A stretch of DNA of 64,000 nt, from the NCBI GenBank assembly GCA_963727445.1, contig CAVSGI010000009.1, positions 192,001 through 256,000 of the forward strand, given 5' to 3'. Positions 38,510-48,835 of this stretch are shown piece by piece. The notes under the pieces are model-generated. The model had not been told where the DNA came from, did not search any database, and saw nothing but the letters and a program-made list of their open reading frames with translations. Position 1 is the stretch's first letter; each line of letters begins with the position of its first letter. The position numbers and the translations under genes were made by a program. This DNA is from an uncultured delta proteobacterium. Its GTDB lineage: Bacteria; Myxococcota_A; Polyangia; Polyangiales; B10-G4.

Positions 38510-38953
38510 TCAAGGCTCGGCGCGATCGGTCCGCACGGGAATCCACTGGACGGCGCGCCGTGTTCGATACGGGGTGGGATCGAGGTGCAGGCGGTGCATG
38601 TCGCCGACGGACACAGGTCCGGCGTTGCCCTCCTCGCGGGCTCGCTCGGGACAGACGGTGCGCACCAGGAACTGTTGCTCGTCGAAATCGCCGTCTTCGA
38701 CGCGAACGGTCTCGTAGCGAGCGGGCACGGCGAAGGTCTGCTGGCTGGTGCAGGGCGACGGGCGCGGAACCTCGAGCACACGCGCGACCACGACCAGCGG
38801 CTCTCCGCTCGGCACGTGCGCCGTGGGGTCGTCGCCGGTGGCCGCCGTGGCCTCGCTCTGTCCCGTCGCCTGTTCCTGCTTTCGATCACAGCCGCAGACG
38901 GTGAGCACGGCGGCGAAGAGGAGCGCGGCGAGGATCTGTCGGGGCTCGAGCAC
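38510..38953 (-). CDS. hypothetical lipoprotein
   Basis: Signal ILAALLFAAVLTVCGC; TAGTAT hexamer 6 nt before the GTG. Confidence 0.6.
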   Translation of the reverse strand: MLEPRQILAALLFAAVLTVCGCDRKQEQATGQSEATAATGDDPTAHVPSGEPLVVVARVLEVPRPSPCTSQQTFAVPARYETVRVEDGDFDEQQFLVRTVCPERAREEGNAGPVSVGDMHRLHLDPTPYRTRRAVQWIPVRTDRAEP

Positions 38954-39001
38954 CGGCGGATACTACCCTGGCACTCCGTATCCGAACTACGGCGAAGGCC
39001 C

Positions 39002-40585
39002 CTATCCCTGCGGGACGCAGGCGTGCGCGACGATCGACGAGCCGGACGCGAGCGCCTTGCAGGTCGTTCCCTCGGGGCAGGCGCTCGAGTCGAGGCAGAC
39101 CGCGCCGCAGATGCCCTCGCTGGAGGAGCCTTCGTGCACACAGCGATTGCCTTCGGCGCCGCAGTCCGCGTCCTCTGCACAGCTCTGACCTTCGTAGGAG
39201 AGGTCGGCGAAGGGGTGGATGCGGGGATTCGCGTCGAGCCCGTGCACGCCGTACATGGCGCCGAGGCCCCAGTAACCGTTCTGATCGGTCAGCACCTCGT
39301 CCCAGGTCTTCACCGGGTTCACGAAGAGCGCGTCCATGAGCTTCTCCACCTCGGCGGGGGTCGACGCGTCGGAGAAGGTGGTCGTAGTGACGACGTTGAG
39401 GCTTTGCTTGTCCGCCTTGGCGGGGTTCGCCCAGAAGGCCTCGCCGATCGAATAGGTCTGGCAGCCGTTGGCCAGGACGATCTGGTAGTCGCTCGGCATC
39501 TCGGCTGCCGCGATTTGCGGGTAGTCGATCGCCCCGTGCGAGGTCTTGCGCCAGTTGGCGAGCGCGAAGCCGTAGTAGTTGCCGCTGTGCCCGTCGAAGA
39601 CGATGACCTCGCGGCTGCGGAGCGACTCGTACATGTCGGCGTTCAGCTGGTCGCCGCCTTCGTCCGTGTCCGGATCGGGCCCCGGGGCCACGTCGGGCTG
39701 GCCGGGATGGAACACCCAGACCTTCACGTTCACGTCGCGGCCTCCGGCCTGGATGGTCTTGGTCAGCGGGCCGTTCGTGCCGGCGTCGTAGTGCGCATAG
39801 TCCTCGGCCTGTGACTCGAACCCGTTCGAGATCAGCCATTCGTAGAAGCGCTTCGAGTTCTTGATGTCGTAGCGGTCCCAGTAGTCCCATCCGAAGTGCA
39901 CGCCGATGGTGAGCTCGCCGTCCGCGTAGAGACGGTCGTAGTCGAGGTAGGCGTCGGTCGAGCGGGGCTGGGTCGCCCAGGTGAGCGTCAGCGTCTCGAG
40001 CTGGTCGTCCTGGAAGTTCGCGGGGTCGTAGCTCCCCGAGTCCCACTGCGAGTCGCGGAACCACTCGTTCTCGGGATCGAGGCGGGCCATGTCCTCGTTC
40101 GAGATCTTGCCGATCTTCAGCTCGAAGGTGTTCGAGCCGAGCTCTTGCAACAGGTTCATCTGACCGGCGACCTGAAGCTTGAAGTGGTAGCTGTACTCGA
40201 GGTCGCTCGTCGCCGTGAGCGCGTCGACCGACCAACCACCGTCGCGCACCATCGCGTGGCGGCCGGGCAGGGATTCGTGGTTGGCCTCTTCGCCTTCCTT
40301 GTCCTGGATGTAGACGTTCAGGAACCACCCGATCACGATGTTCTTGAGGTTGGCGAGCTCCTGGGCGCGAGCGAGCTTTTCCTCTTCGGTCGCGTCTGCC
40401 ATGTCGGCCTCGAGCGTGACCGTCGTGTCGCCTTCGACCGTGTATTCCTGTGCGTTGGTCGAGTAGAAGTCGTCTTCTTTGCCCTGGTCGACCACCCGCA
40501 GGCCTTCATCGGCGGGTGTGGATCCGACGGCGCAGCCGGAGAAGGGGACGAGGAGGGCGAGAGCGATGAGGAGTAGAGAGCGCAT
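39002..40585 (-). CDS. lipoprotein with putative clan CD (caspase/CHAT/gingipain-like) domain and Cys-rich tail
   Basis: Lipobox FSGC, GKED motif, VIVFDGHSG and YQIVLANGCQTY, C-terminal Cys cluster. Confidence 0.75.
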   Translation of the reverse strand: MRSLLLIALALLVPFSGCAVGSTPADEGLRVVDQGKEDDFYSTNAQEYTVEGDTTVTLEADMADATEEEKLARAQELANLKNIVIGWFLNVYIQDKEGEEANHESLPGRHAMVRDGGWSVDALTATSDLEYSYHFKLQVAGQMNLLQELGSNTFELKIGKISNEDMARLDPENEWFRDSQWDSGSYDPANFQDDQLETLTLTWATQPRSTDAYLDYDRLYADGELTIGVHFGWDYWDRYDIKNSKRFYEWLISNGFESQAEDYAHYDAGTNGPLTKTIQAGGRDVNVKVWVFHPGQPDVAPGPDPDTDEGGDQLNADMYESLRSREVIVFDGHSGNYYGFALANWRKTSHGAIDYPQIAAAEMPSDYQIVLANGCQTYSIGEAFWANPAKADKQSLNVVTTTTFSDASTPAEVEKLMDALFVNPVKTWDEVLTDQNGYWGLGAMYGVHGLDANPRIHPFADLSYEGQSCAEDADCGAEGNRCVHEGSSSEGICGAVCLDSSACPEGTTCKALASGSSIVAHACVPQG

Positions 40586-40599
40586 CGTGCCCCTCGTTT

Positions 40600-40615
40600 T
40601 GCATGGAGCCTGCCA
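40600..40615 (-). promoter_or_regulatory. putative sigma54 promoter
   Basis: Minus strand TGGCAGG-CTCC-ATGCA starts 30 nt before ATG 40585. Confidence 0.5.
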
Positions 40616-40710
40616 ACCGACGGACGCTGCCCGCCCCGCGGGATCATGGACGAAACACGCCGTCGCGACTGGCTAGAACAGTCGCCACGCGCCCGGTCTC
40701 CTCCCCCCGC

Positions 40711-41508
40711 TCAGAACGCTCCGCAGGTGGTCGCGGGGTAGGCGACTTGGCGGCTCGTCCCATCCTCGAGGGAGACCACGTGCCGGAAGTAGCCCTCGAA
40801 TCCACCCATGACGACCGGGTAGTGGACCGCGTCGACGGTGAGGAGTTGGGCGTCCTCGGGATACGCGGGCCCCGCCAGGCGCGCGATCCGCCGACCGTCG
40901 CGAAAGACGCCGAGGTCGGGCATGTCGTCGGGGACCGCGACGTCGGCGAGGGTAACGCCGAGCGCGTCGAGCCCGCCGTCGGCGAGGGCGGCGTCGGGGT
41001 GTGCGCCGGCGAGGGCGAGGACCTGATGGGCGGGCGGCTCGCAGTCGACCTCGAGGGCGGTCCACGCCTCCGCCCAATCGGGGCAGGCTCCGATCAGATG
41101 CACGCGCCGCTGCACAGAGGCGATGCATGGAGGAGCGCCGGGTGCGACGACCGTGAGCGTCGCCGGCGATGGAGCGCCCGGCAGTTCCAGCGCGAAGAAG
41201 CGCATGGGCTGGGGACGACCTTCGACGACGACCTGTCCGACGGAGTCGGCGGCTTGTGGGACGGAGGCCTCCGCATCGGTGTGATCGACCAACGCGAAGG
41301 TGTGCGCACCGATGCGCAGCGCCGCCCAGATGCCATCCACCGAATCCAGCGGACCCTCGCTCGGCGCGTCGTCGTCGATCCCCTGCGCCTCCTCGATCCG
41401 CGGCGCCGGCTCGACCTTCGACTCAGAAACGATCGCCGCTTCATCATCGCGCGCGCAGGTGCCGCACCCGACGACGAGGAACAGCAGGATGGAACCTCTC
41501 GAGAGCAT
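40711..41508 (-). CDS. hypothetical lipoprotein
   Basis: Lipobox MLSRGSILLFLVVGC. Confidence 0.65.
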   Translation of the reverse strand: MLSRGSILLFLVVGCGTCARDDEAAIVSESKVEPAPRIEEAQGIDDDAPSEGPLDSVDGIWAALRIGAHTFALVDHTDAEASVPQAADSVGQVVVEGRPQPMRFFALELPGAPSPATLTVVAPGAPPCIASVQRRVHLIGACPDWAEAWTALEVDCEPPAHQVLALAGAHPDAALADGGLDALGVTLADVAVPDDMPDLGVFRDGRRIARLAGPAYPEDAQLLTVDAVHYPVVMGGFEGYFRHVVSLEDGTSRQVAYPATTCGAF

Positions 41509-41638
41509 CGTCAGGCCTGCATCGTAAGCGAAACGCCGAGCGCGGTAACCGGCGGCCAGCGGAGTAGCCGCTCGAACGACCCGAAGATCGTGCGATTCGC
41601 CCTCTTGGGTGGGCCCGGACCTTGCAGCCCAAGTCCGC

Positions 41639-43201
41639 GTGCGAACCCTCTCGGCCATCCTGCTCGTGCTCTGGGGCGCCGCTTGCGCGAGCGCCGACGG
41701 GGCGGAGGGTCCGGAGGGGAAGCTCGTCTTCGGGGCGGAGGGCAAGGCCGACAACATCGCGATCGACACGCTCTGGCCTTCCGCGCGCATCCCGGTCTGC
41801 TGGGAGAGCGTCGACCCCGAGCGCGCCGAGGAGCGAGGGTGGGTCGAGGACGCCGTCGCCGGCACGTGGAGCGCAGTCTCCGCGGTCGAGCTCGTCGGTT
41901 GGGAAGCGTGCGAGCCAGGGGCGCCGGGGATCCACATCGGCACGACGGACTGGGCGCCGAACACCCTCGGGCTCGGCACCGAGATCGACGGGATGGACGC
42001 GGGCATGAAGCTCGACTTCGACTTCGCCCAGTGGAGCCCCGGCTGCCAGAGCACACGCGAGTTCTGCATTCGAGCCGGGGCCGTGCACGAGGTCGGCCAC
42101 GCCCTCGGCTTCGCGCACGAGCACGGCCGGAGCGACACCCCCGGGTGGTGTGCGCGCGAGGTCGGCGCCTTCGGCGGCTACTCGTTCACCGACTGGGATG
42201 CCGACTCCATCATGAACTACTGCAACCCCGAGTGGACCGGGAACGGCGACCTGAGCAAGTCGGACATCATCGCGGTGCGCGCGCTCTACGGGCGCGATCG
42301 GGGGACGGTGCTCCTCGGCCGGAGCGATGGCGACGCGGTCGAGCCGGGGTGGGTGCTGACCGAAGAGAGCGCCCTCGCGACGCTGGGCCCCGAGGGCGAG
42401 GTGCTGCTCGGCGATGTGACGGGTGACGGGCGAGACGATCTCGTCGTCGCGGATCCTCGGCGCGGCGAATGGCAAATGCTCGAGTCGGCCGGCGATCGGC
42501 TGCTCCCCGCGCGGCGCTTCGGAAGCCTCGAAGCGGGCTCGACCCCGCTCGTCGCGGACATGGACGGCGATGGGCGCTCCGATGCGGTCACGGTGGACGC
42601 GTCGGGGCAGTGGAAGATCGCGCTCAGCGATGGCGACGGCTTTGGCGAAAGCCGCTACGCGGGAGACATGCCCGCCGGCCAGCCCTTCGCGGCGGACATC
42701 ACGGGCGACGGACGCGCCGACGCCGTGGTCGTCGTGGTGGACCGAGGGGAGGTCTGGGGCGCCGTCTCGGTCGGGACCGGGATCGCATATCCGACGGCTG
42801 TCGCATCGAACCTCGGCGCCGGGGCGGACGCCTACTTCGTCGGGGACATCGACGGCGATCAACGGGCCGACTTCGTCGCCTTCGACGCCGCCGAAGGCAC
42901 CTGGTGGGGGGCGACGACGACCGAAGGTGGCCTCTCCGCCGTGACGCAATGGACCACCGGCCACGGCCGCTTTGCCTCCGCGCGCCTCTTGGCCGACGTC
43001 TCGGGAGACGGGCGCGCCGACGCGGTCGTCTACGAACGATCCACCGGGGCGTGGTTCAGCCGCAGCTCCGATGGCGAGACGTTCACCGACGAGAAAGTCC
43101 TCGTCACGTACCTGGGGGCGAGCCTGCCGAGAGTGGAGCCGCGCGTCCGCAACGGGGACGTCGACGGCGATGGCGACAGCGACGTCGTTCTAGTCTGGTG
43201 A
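41639..43201 (+). CDS. metzincin metalloprotease (astacin/M12-like) lipoprotein with FG-GAP/VCBS repeats
   Basis: HEVGHALGFAHEH and Met-turn SIMNY; about six (G/A)DxxGDG-type repeats; GKAD motif. Confidence 0.9.
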   Translation: MRTLSAILLVLWGAACASADGAEGPEGKLVFGAEGKADNIAIDTLWPSARIPVCWESVDPERAEERGWVEDAVAGTWSAVSAVELVGWEACEPGAPGIHIGTTDWAPNTLGLGTEIDGMDAGMKLDFDFAQWSPGCQSTREFCIRAGAVHEVGHALGFAHEHGRSDTPGWCAREVGAFGGYSFTDWDADSIMNYCNPEWTGNGDLSKSDIIAVRALYGRDRGTVLLGRSDGDAVEPGWVLTEESALATLGPEGEVLLGDVTGDGRDDLVVADPRRGEWQMLESAGDRLLPARRFGSLEAGSTPLVADMDGDGRSDAVTVDASGQWKIALSDGDGFGESRYAGDMPAGQPFAADITGDGRADAVVVVVDRGEVWGAVSVGTGIAYPTAVASNLGAGADAYFVGDIDGDQRADFVAFDAAEGTWWGATTTEGGLSAVTQWTTGHGRFASARLLADVSGDGRADAVVYERSTGAWFSRSSDGETFTDEKVLVTYLGASLPRVEPRVRNGDVDGDGDSDVVLVW

Positions 43202-43247
43202 GGCGCGGGCCTCACTCCGCGTCCGATGCTACTGCTATGGTGTCGCC

Positions 43248-43787
43248 GTGCGACGGCTCCTCGCGCTCGCTTCCGCTCTCGCGATCGTGACCACGCCGTC
43301 CGGCGCACGTGCGCAGGAAGCTCCCGAGGGCCAGAGCACACCGACCTATCACGAGGCGATCGTCCTCGACGTCGCGGTGGGCTTCGTTCCGGTCGCCAAC
43401 GACGTGCCGCTGATCGTCGGCGGGGGCGTTCGTTTCGGAGCGATCCACGAGATCTTCGCGCGCGGCGGATACATGCCGACGGGTGACGACGTGGGCTACG
43501 GTTTCGGCGTCCTCGGCTATCGCGCGGTCTTTCGCCCGGGAGAGCTCGTCCGTCCGGTGGTCGGCGGCTACGTCGCCGCGCTCCCCGCCACGTGCACCCA
43601 CGACGACGCTGGCGATCCGACATGCGATCCGACGGCGCTCTTCATCGTGTCGGCCACGGGTGGTCTCCGCCTCGAGCCTGTGCCCTGGCTCGGCCTCTTC
43701 GCGCTCCTCTCCCTCGGCGTCGACTCGTACCCCAACCCCTTCGGCATGGTCGAGCTCGGTGCGACCTTCGCGTTGCCTCTTTCGTAG
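43248..43787 (+). CDS. hypothetical outer-membrane beta-barrel-like protein
   Basis: Signal peptide ending ARA-Q; amphipathic beta-strands. Confidence 0.7.
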   Translation: MRRLLALASALAIVTTPSGARAQEAPEGQSTPTYHEAIVLDVAVGFVPVANDVPLIVGGGVRFGAIHEIFARGGYMPTGDDVGYGFGVLGYRAVFRPGELVRPVVGGYVAALPATCTHDDAGDPTCDPTALFIVSATGGLRLEPVPWLGLFALLSLGVDSYPNPFGMVELGATFALPLS

Positions 43788-43799
43788 AAGCCGCCACGC

Positions 43800-44888
43800 T
43801 CAGTCGGAGACGTCGCCGCGGCGGCCTGCGCTCTGCCTCTCCATCATCCAACCGGGATACTCCTCGGGCAGGGCCGACACCTCGTCGAGCTTCTTCACCT
43901 GCTCGTCGGTCAGCCTGATATCGCTGGCCGCGATGTTGTCGCGGAGCTGCTCTTCGCGCTTGGCGCCGATGATCACGCTCGTCACGCCGGGCTTGTTCAG
44001 GATGTAGGCGAGGGCGATGCGGGCGACGGAGCAGTCGTGGGCAGCCGCCACTTCGTGCATCGCATCCACGCAGTCGAAGGCGCGCTCCTTGTCGATCGGG
44101 GGAAAGTCGAAGGTGGAGCGGCGGGCGCCGTCGGGCCCCGTCCCGTCGCGCTTGAACTTGCCGGTGAGGAATCCGCCGGCGAGCGGGCTCCAGGGCAGGA
44201 TGCTCAGGCCCTGATCGAGGGCGAGGGGCACCACTTCACGCTCGAGATCGCGACCGGCGATCGAGTAGTACATCTGAAGCGATTGAAAGCGCGCGAGCCC
44301 ACGCCGATCCGACACGGCGAGCGCTTTCATGATCTGCCAGGCGGCGAGGTTGCAGAGCCCGAGATAGCGCACCCGGCCCGACTTCACGATCGCGTCGAGG
44401 GCTTCGAGGGTCTCCTCGATCGGCGTCAGCGGGTCGAAGCCGTGAATCTGATAGATGTCGACGTAGTCGAGACCGAGGCGGGCGAGGCTGTCGTCGATCG
44501 CGTGGAAGAGATGCTTGCGGGACAGACCGGACACGTTGCGCATCTTCGAGCGCCGCTCCGCTTCGTTCTTCTCCGCGTCGGAGGCGTCCGGGCTCACCCG
44601 ATCGAGCACCCGCCCGTGGGCCTTGGTCGCGATCACGATCTCGTCGCGGCGTACGCCCAGGCTCTTCAACGCCGTCCCGAGGATCTCCTCGCTCGCGCCG
44701 TTCGAGTAGACGTTCGCGGTGTCGATGAAGTTGACGCCCGCGTCGATCGCACCCTTGACGAGCTTCGTCGCCTCGTCCTCGTCTTGCTGACCGATCGCGC
44801 GCCAGTAGCCGTTGCCGCCGAAAGTCATGGTGCCGAGGCAGATCTCCGACACCAGGAGGCCCGTGTTTCCCAACCTGTGATATCGCAT
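43800..44888 (-). CDS. aldo/keto reductase
   Basis: LGTMTFG, FIDTANVY, ATK, DIYQIH, PWSPLAGG. Confidence 0.96.
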   Translation of the reverse strand: MRYHRLGNTGLLVSEICLGTMTFGGNGYWRAIGQQDEDEATKLVKGAIDAGVNFIDTANVYSNGASEEILGTALKSLGVRRDEIVIATKAHGRVLDRVSPDASDAEKNEAERRSKMRNVSGLSRKHLFHAIDDSLARLGLDYVDIYQIHGFDPLTPIEETLEALDAIVKSGRVRYLGLCNLAAWQIMKALAVSDRRGLARFQSLQMYYSIAGRDLEREVVPLALDQGLSILPWSPLAGGFLTGKFKRDGTGPDGARRSTFDFPPIDKERAFDCVDAMHEVAAAHDCSVARIALAYILNKPGVTSVIIGAKREEQLRDNIAASDIRLTDEQVKKLDEVSALPEEYPGWMMERQSAGRRGDVSD

Positions 44889-45001
44889 CGCGCAGGATCC
44901 TGAACCAAGGCGGCCGCGAAGACCAGCTAGGGCCTGTGGGCGGGATTTTTTCGTTAATCAGAACGGACCGCTAGCGGGACTCATGATGGTCTTCGCCTTC
45001 G

Positions 45002-45874
45002 ATGCGCTACACGGTCCTACTCTTCGCTTTCGCGTGGTCGGGGTGCGGTCTGCTTCTGGATCCGGACGTCACCGACCCCAACGCTGCCGACGCAGCGGCG
45101 TTCGATGCATCCGATGCAGGAGATGCGGCGCGACGAGACGCTTCGAGGGATGGCTCCGAACGTGACGGCGGGGGCGAAAACCGACGCGATGGTGGAGCGT
45201 CGGACGCAATCGTGACGTCCGATGCCACGTGGCGAGATGGCATGCCCTCCGACGCCACCGTGCTTCCGGACGCGGTTTCGGGGCCGCTCCCCGTCGTCAT
45301 CGAAGGAGGATTCGGTATCGGCTCCGAGAGCGTTCAGATGCTACCCGGCCCCGGCTACGCCGCTCCCGTCCCCGCTCAGCCCGACAAAGTGTACGTGCAG
45401 ACCAGCGAGGGCCTCGAGCCGACGATGGTCGAGGGACAGATCACCAAGGCCGGCGGGGTCGTGGACATGTCACCGTCCATCGCTCCGGGCTATCCCGACT
45501 ACGTCGTCTTCCACCCGAGCTCGCTCGAGGACGGGTGGTACTGCCTCGAGGTCTTCTCCACGCCGTCGCTCGCCGGTGTGCGTCTCGATGGGGAGTACTA
45601 CGGGGTCTTCCCCTCCGGTGACGGCTACGCGGGCGGGAGCTTCATCTACGTCTTCGGCGTCCTCAGGGGCGACGTCGACCGCAACGGTATCGTGGATACG
45701 GCGGACCTCGTGGCCTTCGACGGCGGGTACGCCGCCATTCTGGACGTCAACGCCGATGGGATCGTCGACGCTGCAGATCGCTCCTTCATCGAAGACCGTC
45801 GCGGCGAAACCCTGCCGGCGTTGACGAGCTCTCCGACCGGTACGAGCTGCCCCCCGCTTCCCGGCGGGGGCTAG
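45002..45874 (+). CDS. lipoprotein with dockerin-like (EF-loop) C-terminal module
   Basis: WSGC lipobox, DAA/DAS/DGG linker, LDGEYYGVFPSGDGYAGG, GDVDRNGIVDTADL and DVNADGIVDAADR. Confidence 0.75.
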   Translation: MRYTVLLFAFAWSGCGLLLDPDVTDPNAADAAAFDASDAGDAARRDASRDGSERDGGGENRRDGGASDAIVTSDATWRDGMPSDATVLPDAVSGPLPVVIEGGFGIGSESVQMLPGPGYAAPVPAQPDKVYVQTSEGLEPTMVEGQITKAGGVVDMSPSIAPGYPDYVVFHPSSLEDGWYCLEVFSTPSLAGVRLDGEYYGVFPSGDGYAGGSFIYVFGVLRGDVDRNGIVDTADLVAFDGGYAAILDVNADGIVDAADRSFIEDRRGETLPALTSSPTGTSCPPLPGGG

Positions 45875-45929
45875 GCGATCTCGGCAGGGCCCTTTCGCGA
45901 GCTCGTGCGCTGGCGGTCGGGGCGCGCGC

Positions 45930-46595
45930 TCAGAACTCCCACATCCCGTTTTCGGGATCGGGGCTCATCGGGACCATCGGAGGGCCGCTGCCGCAGTCGG
46001 GCGGAATGCAGTAGGGTCCGAAGGGGAGGAAGCAGTCGAAGGAGCGCTCTCCTCGTTCGCCGCCATCCGTGGCCCACGACACGCGCGTGCACACCTCGCC
46101 ACCGCTCTCGACGAAGATGTGATGAAGGCAGGGATCCTCGATCGTGTAGTAGAAGGTCGGGACTTCGAAGCGCGGCCTCTCCAAGGGGCGGTTGACGCGA
46201 ACATCGCGGCACACCTCGACCAACTCGCACGTGCGGTCCCGTGCCTCCACCGCGGCGCAGAAGGTGTACGTGCCGACGCAGCGCGCGCTGAGGAACGCGG
46301 GCTCTCCCCACCCGTCGCCCCGTCCGCTCGGTCCGGGGCAACCAGCGAGTCCGCGAAGGCTCGGACACACCAGAACACCCGCCCACTCGATGCTGCCTCC
46401 CGTGAGACAGTCGCAGTCCTCTCCCGGCGGGCACGGAGGAGGCTCGGTGTCGATCGCCGTATCGATGCTCACGTCCACGGCCGCGTCCACCGCGTCCACC
46501 GCGGCGTCCATCGCCGGCTCGTCCACCAACAGACCGGACTTGGAGCCGCAGGCGACAAGCAGCATCGCGAGCAACGAAGGAACGGACGACCGCAT
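45930..46595 (-). CDS. Cys-containing lipoprotein
   Basis: [11 protein letters not shown] start, [12 protein letters not shown] linker, C-terminal F. Confidence 0.75.
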   Translation of the reverse strand: MRSSVPSLLAMLLVACGSKSGLLVDEPAMDAAVDAVDAAVDVSIDTAIDTEPPPCPPGEDCDCLTGGSIEWAGVLVCPSLRGLAGCPGPSGRGDGWGEPAFLSARCVGTYTFCAAVEARDRTCELVEVCRDVRVNRPLERPRFEVPTFYYTIEDPCLHHIFVESGGEVCTRVSWATDGGERGERSFDCFLPFGPYCIPPDCGSGPPMVPMSPDPENGMWEF

Positions 46596-46665
46596 GGGAG
46601 GAGCTCTCTTACCCATCGTAAGGCATCTGTGTCCGCCTCCGATCAACTCGTATAGGATTCGATGG

Positions 46666-48324
46666 ATGGTGAGCCCGCTGGAACTGGGTCGGCGGGCTTA
46701 CGCCGCACGCGCGTGGGACGACGCCTACCGGGCGCTCTCTGATGCGAGCGCCGCGGAGCGCCTCGGGGCCGAGGACGTGGAGCGATTGGCATTGTCGGCG
46801 GGGCTCACCGGACGGGAGACGGAAGCGGTCGCGGGCTTCGAGAGGCTGCACCAGCTGCGGCTCGAAGCGCAGGACGTTCGCGGTGCGGCGCGCGCGGCGT
46901 TCTGGGCAGCGATGCGGCTCCTGTCGCTCGGAGAGATGGCCCGTGGCGGCGGATGGCTCGCGCGCGCGCAGCGCCTGGTCGAAGGACAGGAGTGTGTCGA
47001 ATGCGGTTACCTGCGGCTGCCGCTCGTGTTCCGCTTCAACGCGGCCGGCGACTTCGCGGCGGCAGGAAGTGCGGCGGCGGAGGCCGCGGAGATCGGCGCG
47101 CGCCACGCCGACCGCGACCTCGTCGCCCTCGGCCGAACCTTCGAAGGCCGCGCGCTCATCCGTCGCGGGCAGCTCTCGGAGGGACTGTCACTCCTCGACG
47201 AGGCGATGGTGGACGTGACGATGGGCGAGATCACGCCCATCGTCTCCGGGCTCATCTATTGCGGCGTCATCGAGGCCTGCCAACAGAGCTGGGCGCTCGA
47301 TCGCGCGCGGGAATGGACCGATGCGCTGAGCGTCTGGTGCGAGGATCAGCCGCAGCTCGTCGCCTTCGCGGGCGCGTGCCACATCCATCGATCGCAGATC
47401 ATGCAGCTGGGTGGCGAATGGCCCGAAGCCGCTGCAGAGGCGCGCCTCGCCTCGGAGCGCCTCGCCAACACCAAGGACAACGACGCGGGCAAGGCGCTCT
47501 ACCAGCAGGGCGAGCTCCACCGGCTGCGGGGCGAGCTCTCCCTCGCCGAAGAGGCCTACGGCGCGGCCAACGAACGTGGTCGCGAGCCTCAGCCGGGGCT
47601 GGCGCTCCTGCGGCTCACCCAGGGACGTCTCGACCAGGCCGCAGCCGCCATGCGCCGCGTGCTCTCCGCCACGAGCGCGCCGCTCGAGCGAGCCCGCTTT
47701 CTCCCAGCGCACGTGGAGATCATGCTCGCTATCTCCGATCGCGCGGAGGCACGTCGCGCCGCGGACGAGCTCGCAGAGCTCGCCGAGAGCTTCGGCTCCG
47801 AGGTGCTGGGTGCCATGGCCGACCACGCTGAGGGCGCCGTCGCCATCGCCGAAGGCGACGCGGGCAAGGCCATCGCACCTCTGCGTCGCGCACAGGAGGT
47901 GTGGCAGCGCGCCGGGGCGCCTTACCCCAGCGCCCGGATACGTGTCGTCGTGGCCCGGGCGTTTCGAGCCCTGGGCGACGATGACGGCGCCGCTCTCGAG
48001 ATCGCCGCCGCGAGGAAAGTCTTCGCCGTGCTCGGCGCCGCGCCCGATCTGACGATGCTGACGTCGATGGAGACCGGAGCAGATGACTCGTCAGCCGCTG
48101 CGAGTGACGCGGTTCACGCACAGGTGGATCACGACCTGAGCCCGCGCGAGATCGAGGTCCTTCTCCTCGTCGCCTCTGGCAAGAGCAACAAGGCCATCGC
48201 CTCCGCGCTCTTCTTGAGTGAGAAGACCATCCACCGTCACGTGAGCAACATCTTCACGAAGCTCTCCGTATCCTCGCGCTCCGCCGCCACGGCATGGGCC
48301 TACGAGAACGGCCTCGTTGGGTAG
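46666..48324 (+). CDS. TPR-containing LuxR-family transcriptional regulator
   Basis: Helical repeat body; C-terminal LSPREIEVL...[30 protein letters not shown]. Confidence 0.93.
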   Translation: MVSPLELGRRAYAARAWDDAYRALSDASAAERLGAEDVERLALSAGLTGRETEAVAGFERLHQLRLEAQDVRGAARAAFWAAMRLLSLGEMARGGGWLARAQRLVEGQECVECGYLRLPLVFRFNAAGDFAAAGSAAAEAAEIGARHADRDLVALGRTFEGRALIRRGQLSEGLSLLDEAMVDVTMGEITPIVSGLIYCGVIEACQQSWALDRAREWTDALSVWCEDQPQLVAFAGACHIHRSQIMQLGGEWPEAAAEARLASERLANTKDNDAGKALYQQGELHRLRGELSLAEEAYGAANERGREPQPGLALLRLTQGRLDQAAAAMRRVLSATSAPLERARFLPAHVEIMLAISDRAEARRAADELAELAESFGSEVLGAMADHAEGAVAIAEGDAGKAIAPLRRAQEVWQRAGAPYPSARIRVVVARAFRALGDDDGAALEIAAARKVFAVLGAAPDLTMLTSMETGADDSSAAASDAVHAQVDHDLSPREIEVLLLVASGKSNKAIASALFLSEKTIHRHVSNIFTKLSVSSRSAATAWAYENGLVG

Positions 48325-48376
48325 AAATACCCATCGCTGAAATCGTCTCTCGCTCGGTGAAAATGGGGGTTTCTGC
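48321..48376. promoter_or_regulatory. imperfect inverted repeat, candidate LuxR operator
   Basis: GTAGAAATACCCAT (48321-48334) and ATGGGGGTTTCTGC (48363-48376) are 11/14 complementary. Confidence 0.45.
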
Positions 48377-48448
48377 CGAAGCGAGGCGGGCGCGGAATTC
48401 GTAGCTTCCAAGAGTCGACGCGGTGTCGACGAAAGAAAGGTTACGAAT

Positions 48449-48757
48449 ATGAAGCACCTCGTTCAGATCCAGTTCACCTCTCAGGCCGCCCACAACCAGT
48501 CTCAGACGGGTGGCCCGGCACCCGCCATGGGCCGCCTCATCGAGCGCTTCGCGCCGGAGTCCGTCTACATGAGCCCGGCCCGTCGCATGGCCTTCATGGT
48601 GTGCGATCTCGAAGCCGCCGACATCGCCGAGCTCATGGTGGCGGTCTCCCACATCTCGGGACAGCTCCCGGACTTCATCCCGGTGGTCGAAGGCAAGGAG
48701 TTCGCCGCCATCGTCGCCAAGGCCGGCCCCGCGGGAACGGCGCTCGCCAACGGGTGA
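48449..48757 (+). CDS. small hypothetical protein (possible ferredoxin-like/GYD-type fold)
   Basis: AAAGG RBS; PESVYMSPARRMAFMVCDL pattern. Confidence 0.7.
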   Translation: MKHLVQIQFTSQAAHNQSQTGGPAPAMGRLIERFAPESVYMSPARRMAFMVCDLEAADIAELMVAVSHISGQLPDFIPVVEGKEFAAIVAKAGPAGTALANG

Positions 48758-48766
48758 GTCCGTTCC

Positions 48767-48800
48767 GGACCGGCGCTGCTCGAACGGAGCGCGCCGGTCC
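48767..48800 (+). other. strong intercistronic stem-loop
   Basis: GGACCGGCGC/GCGCCGGTCC perfect 10-bp arms plus inner GCTC/GAGC; no U-tract. Confidence 0.55.
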
Positions 48801-48835
48801 CGGCCGCGGTCTCGAACGGCAAGAGGAGGTCTCTG

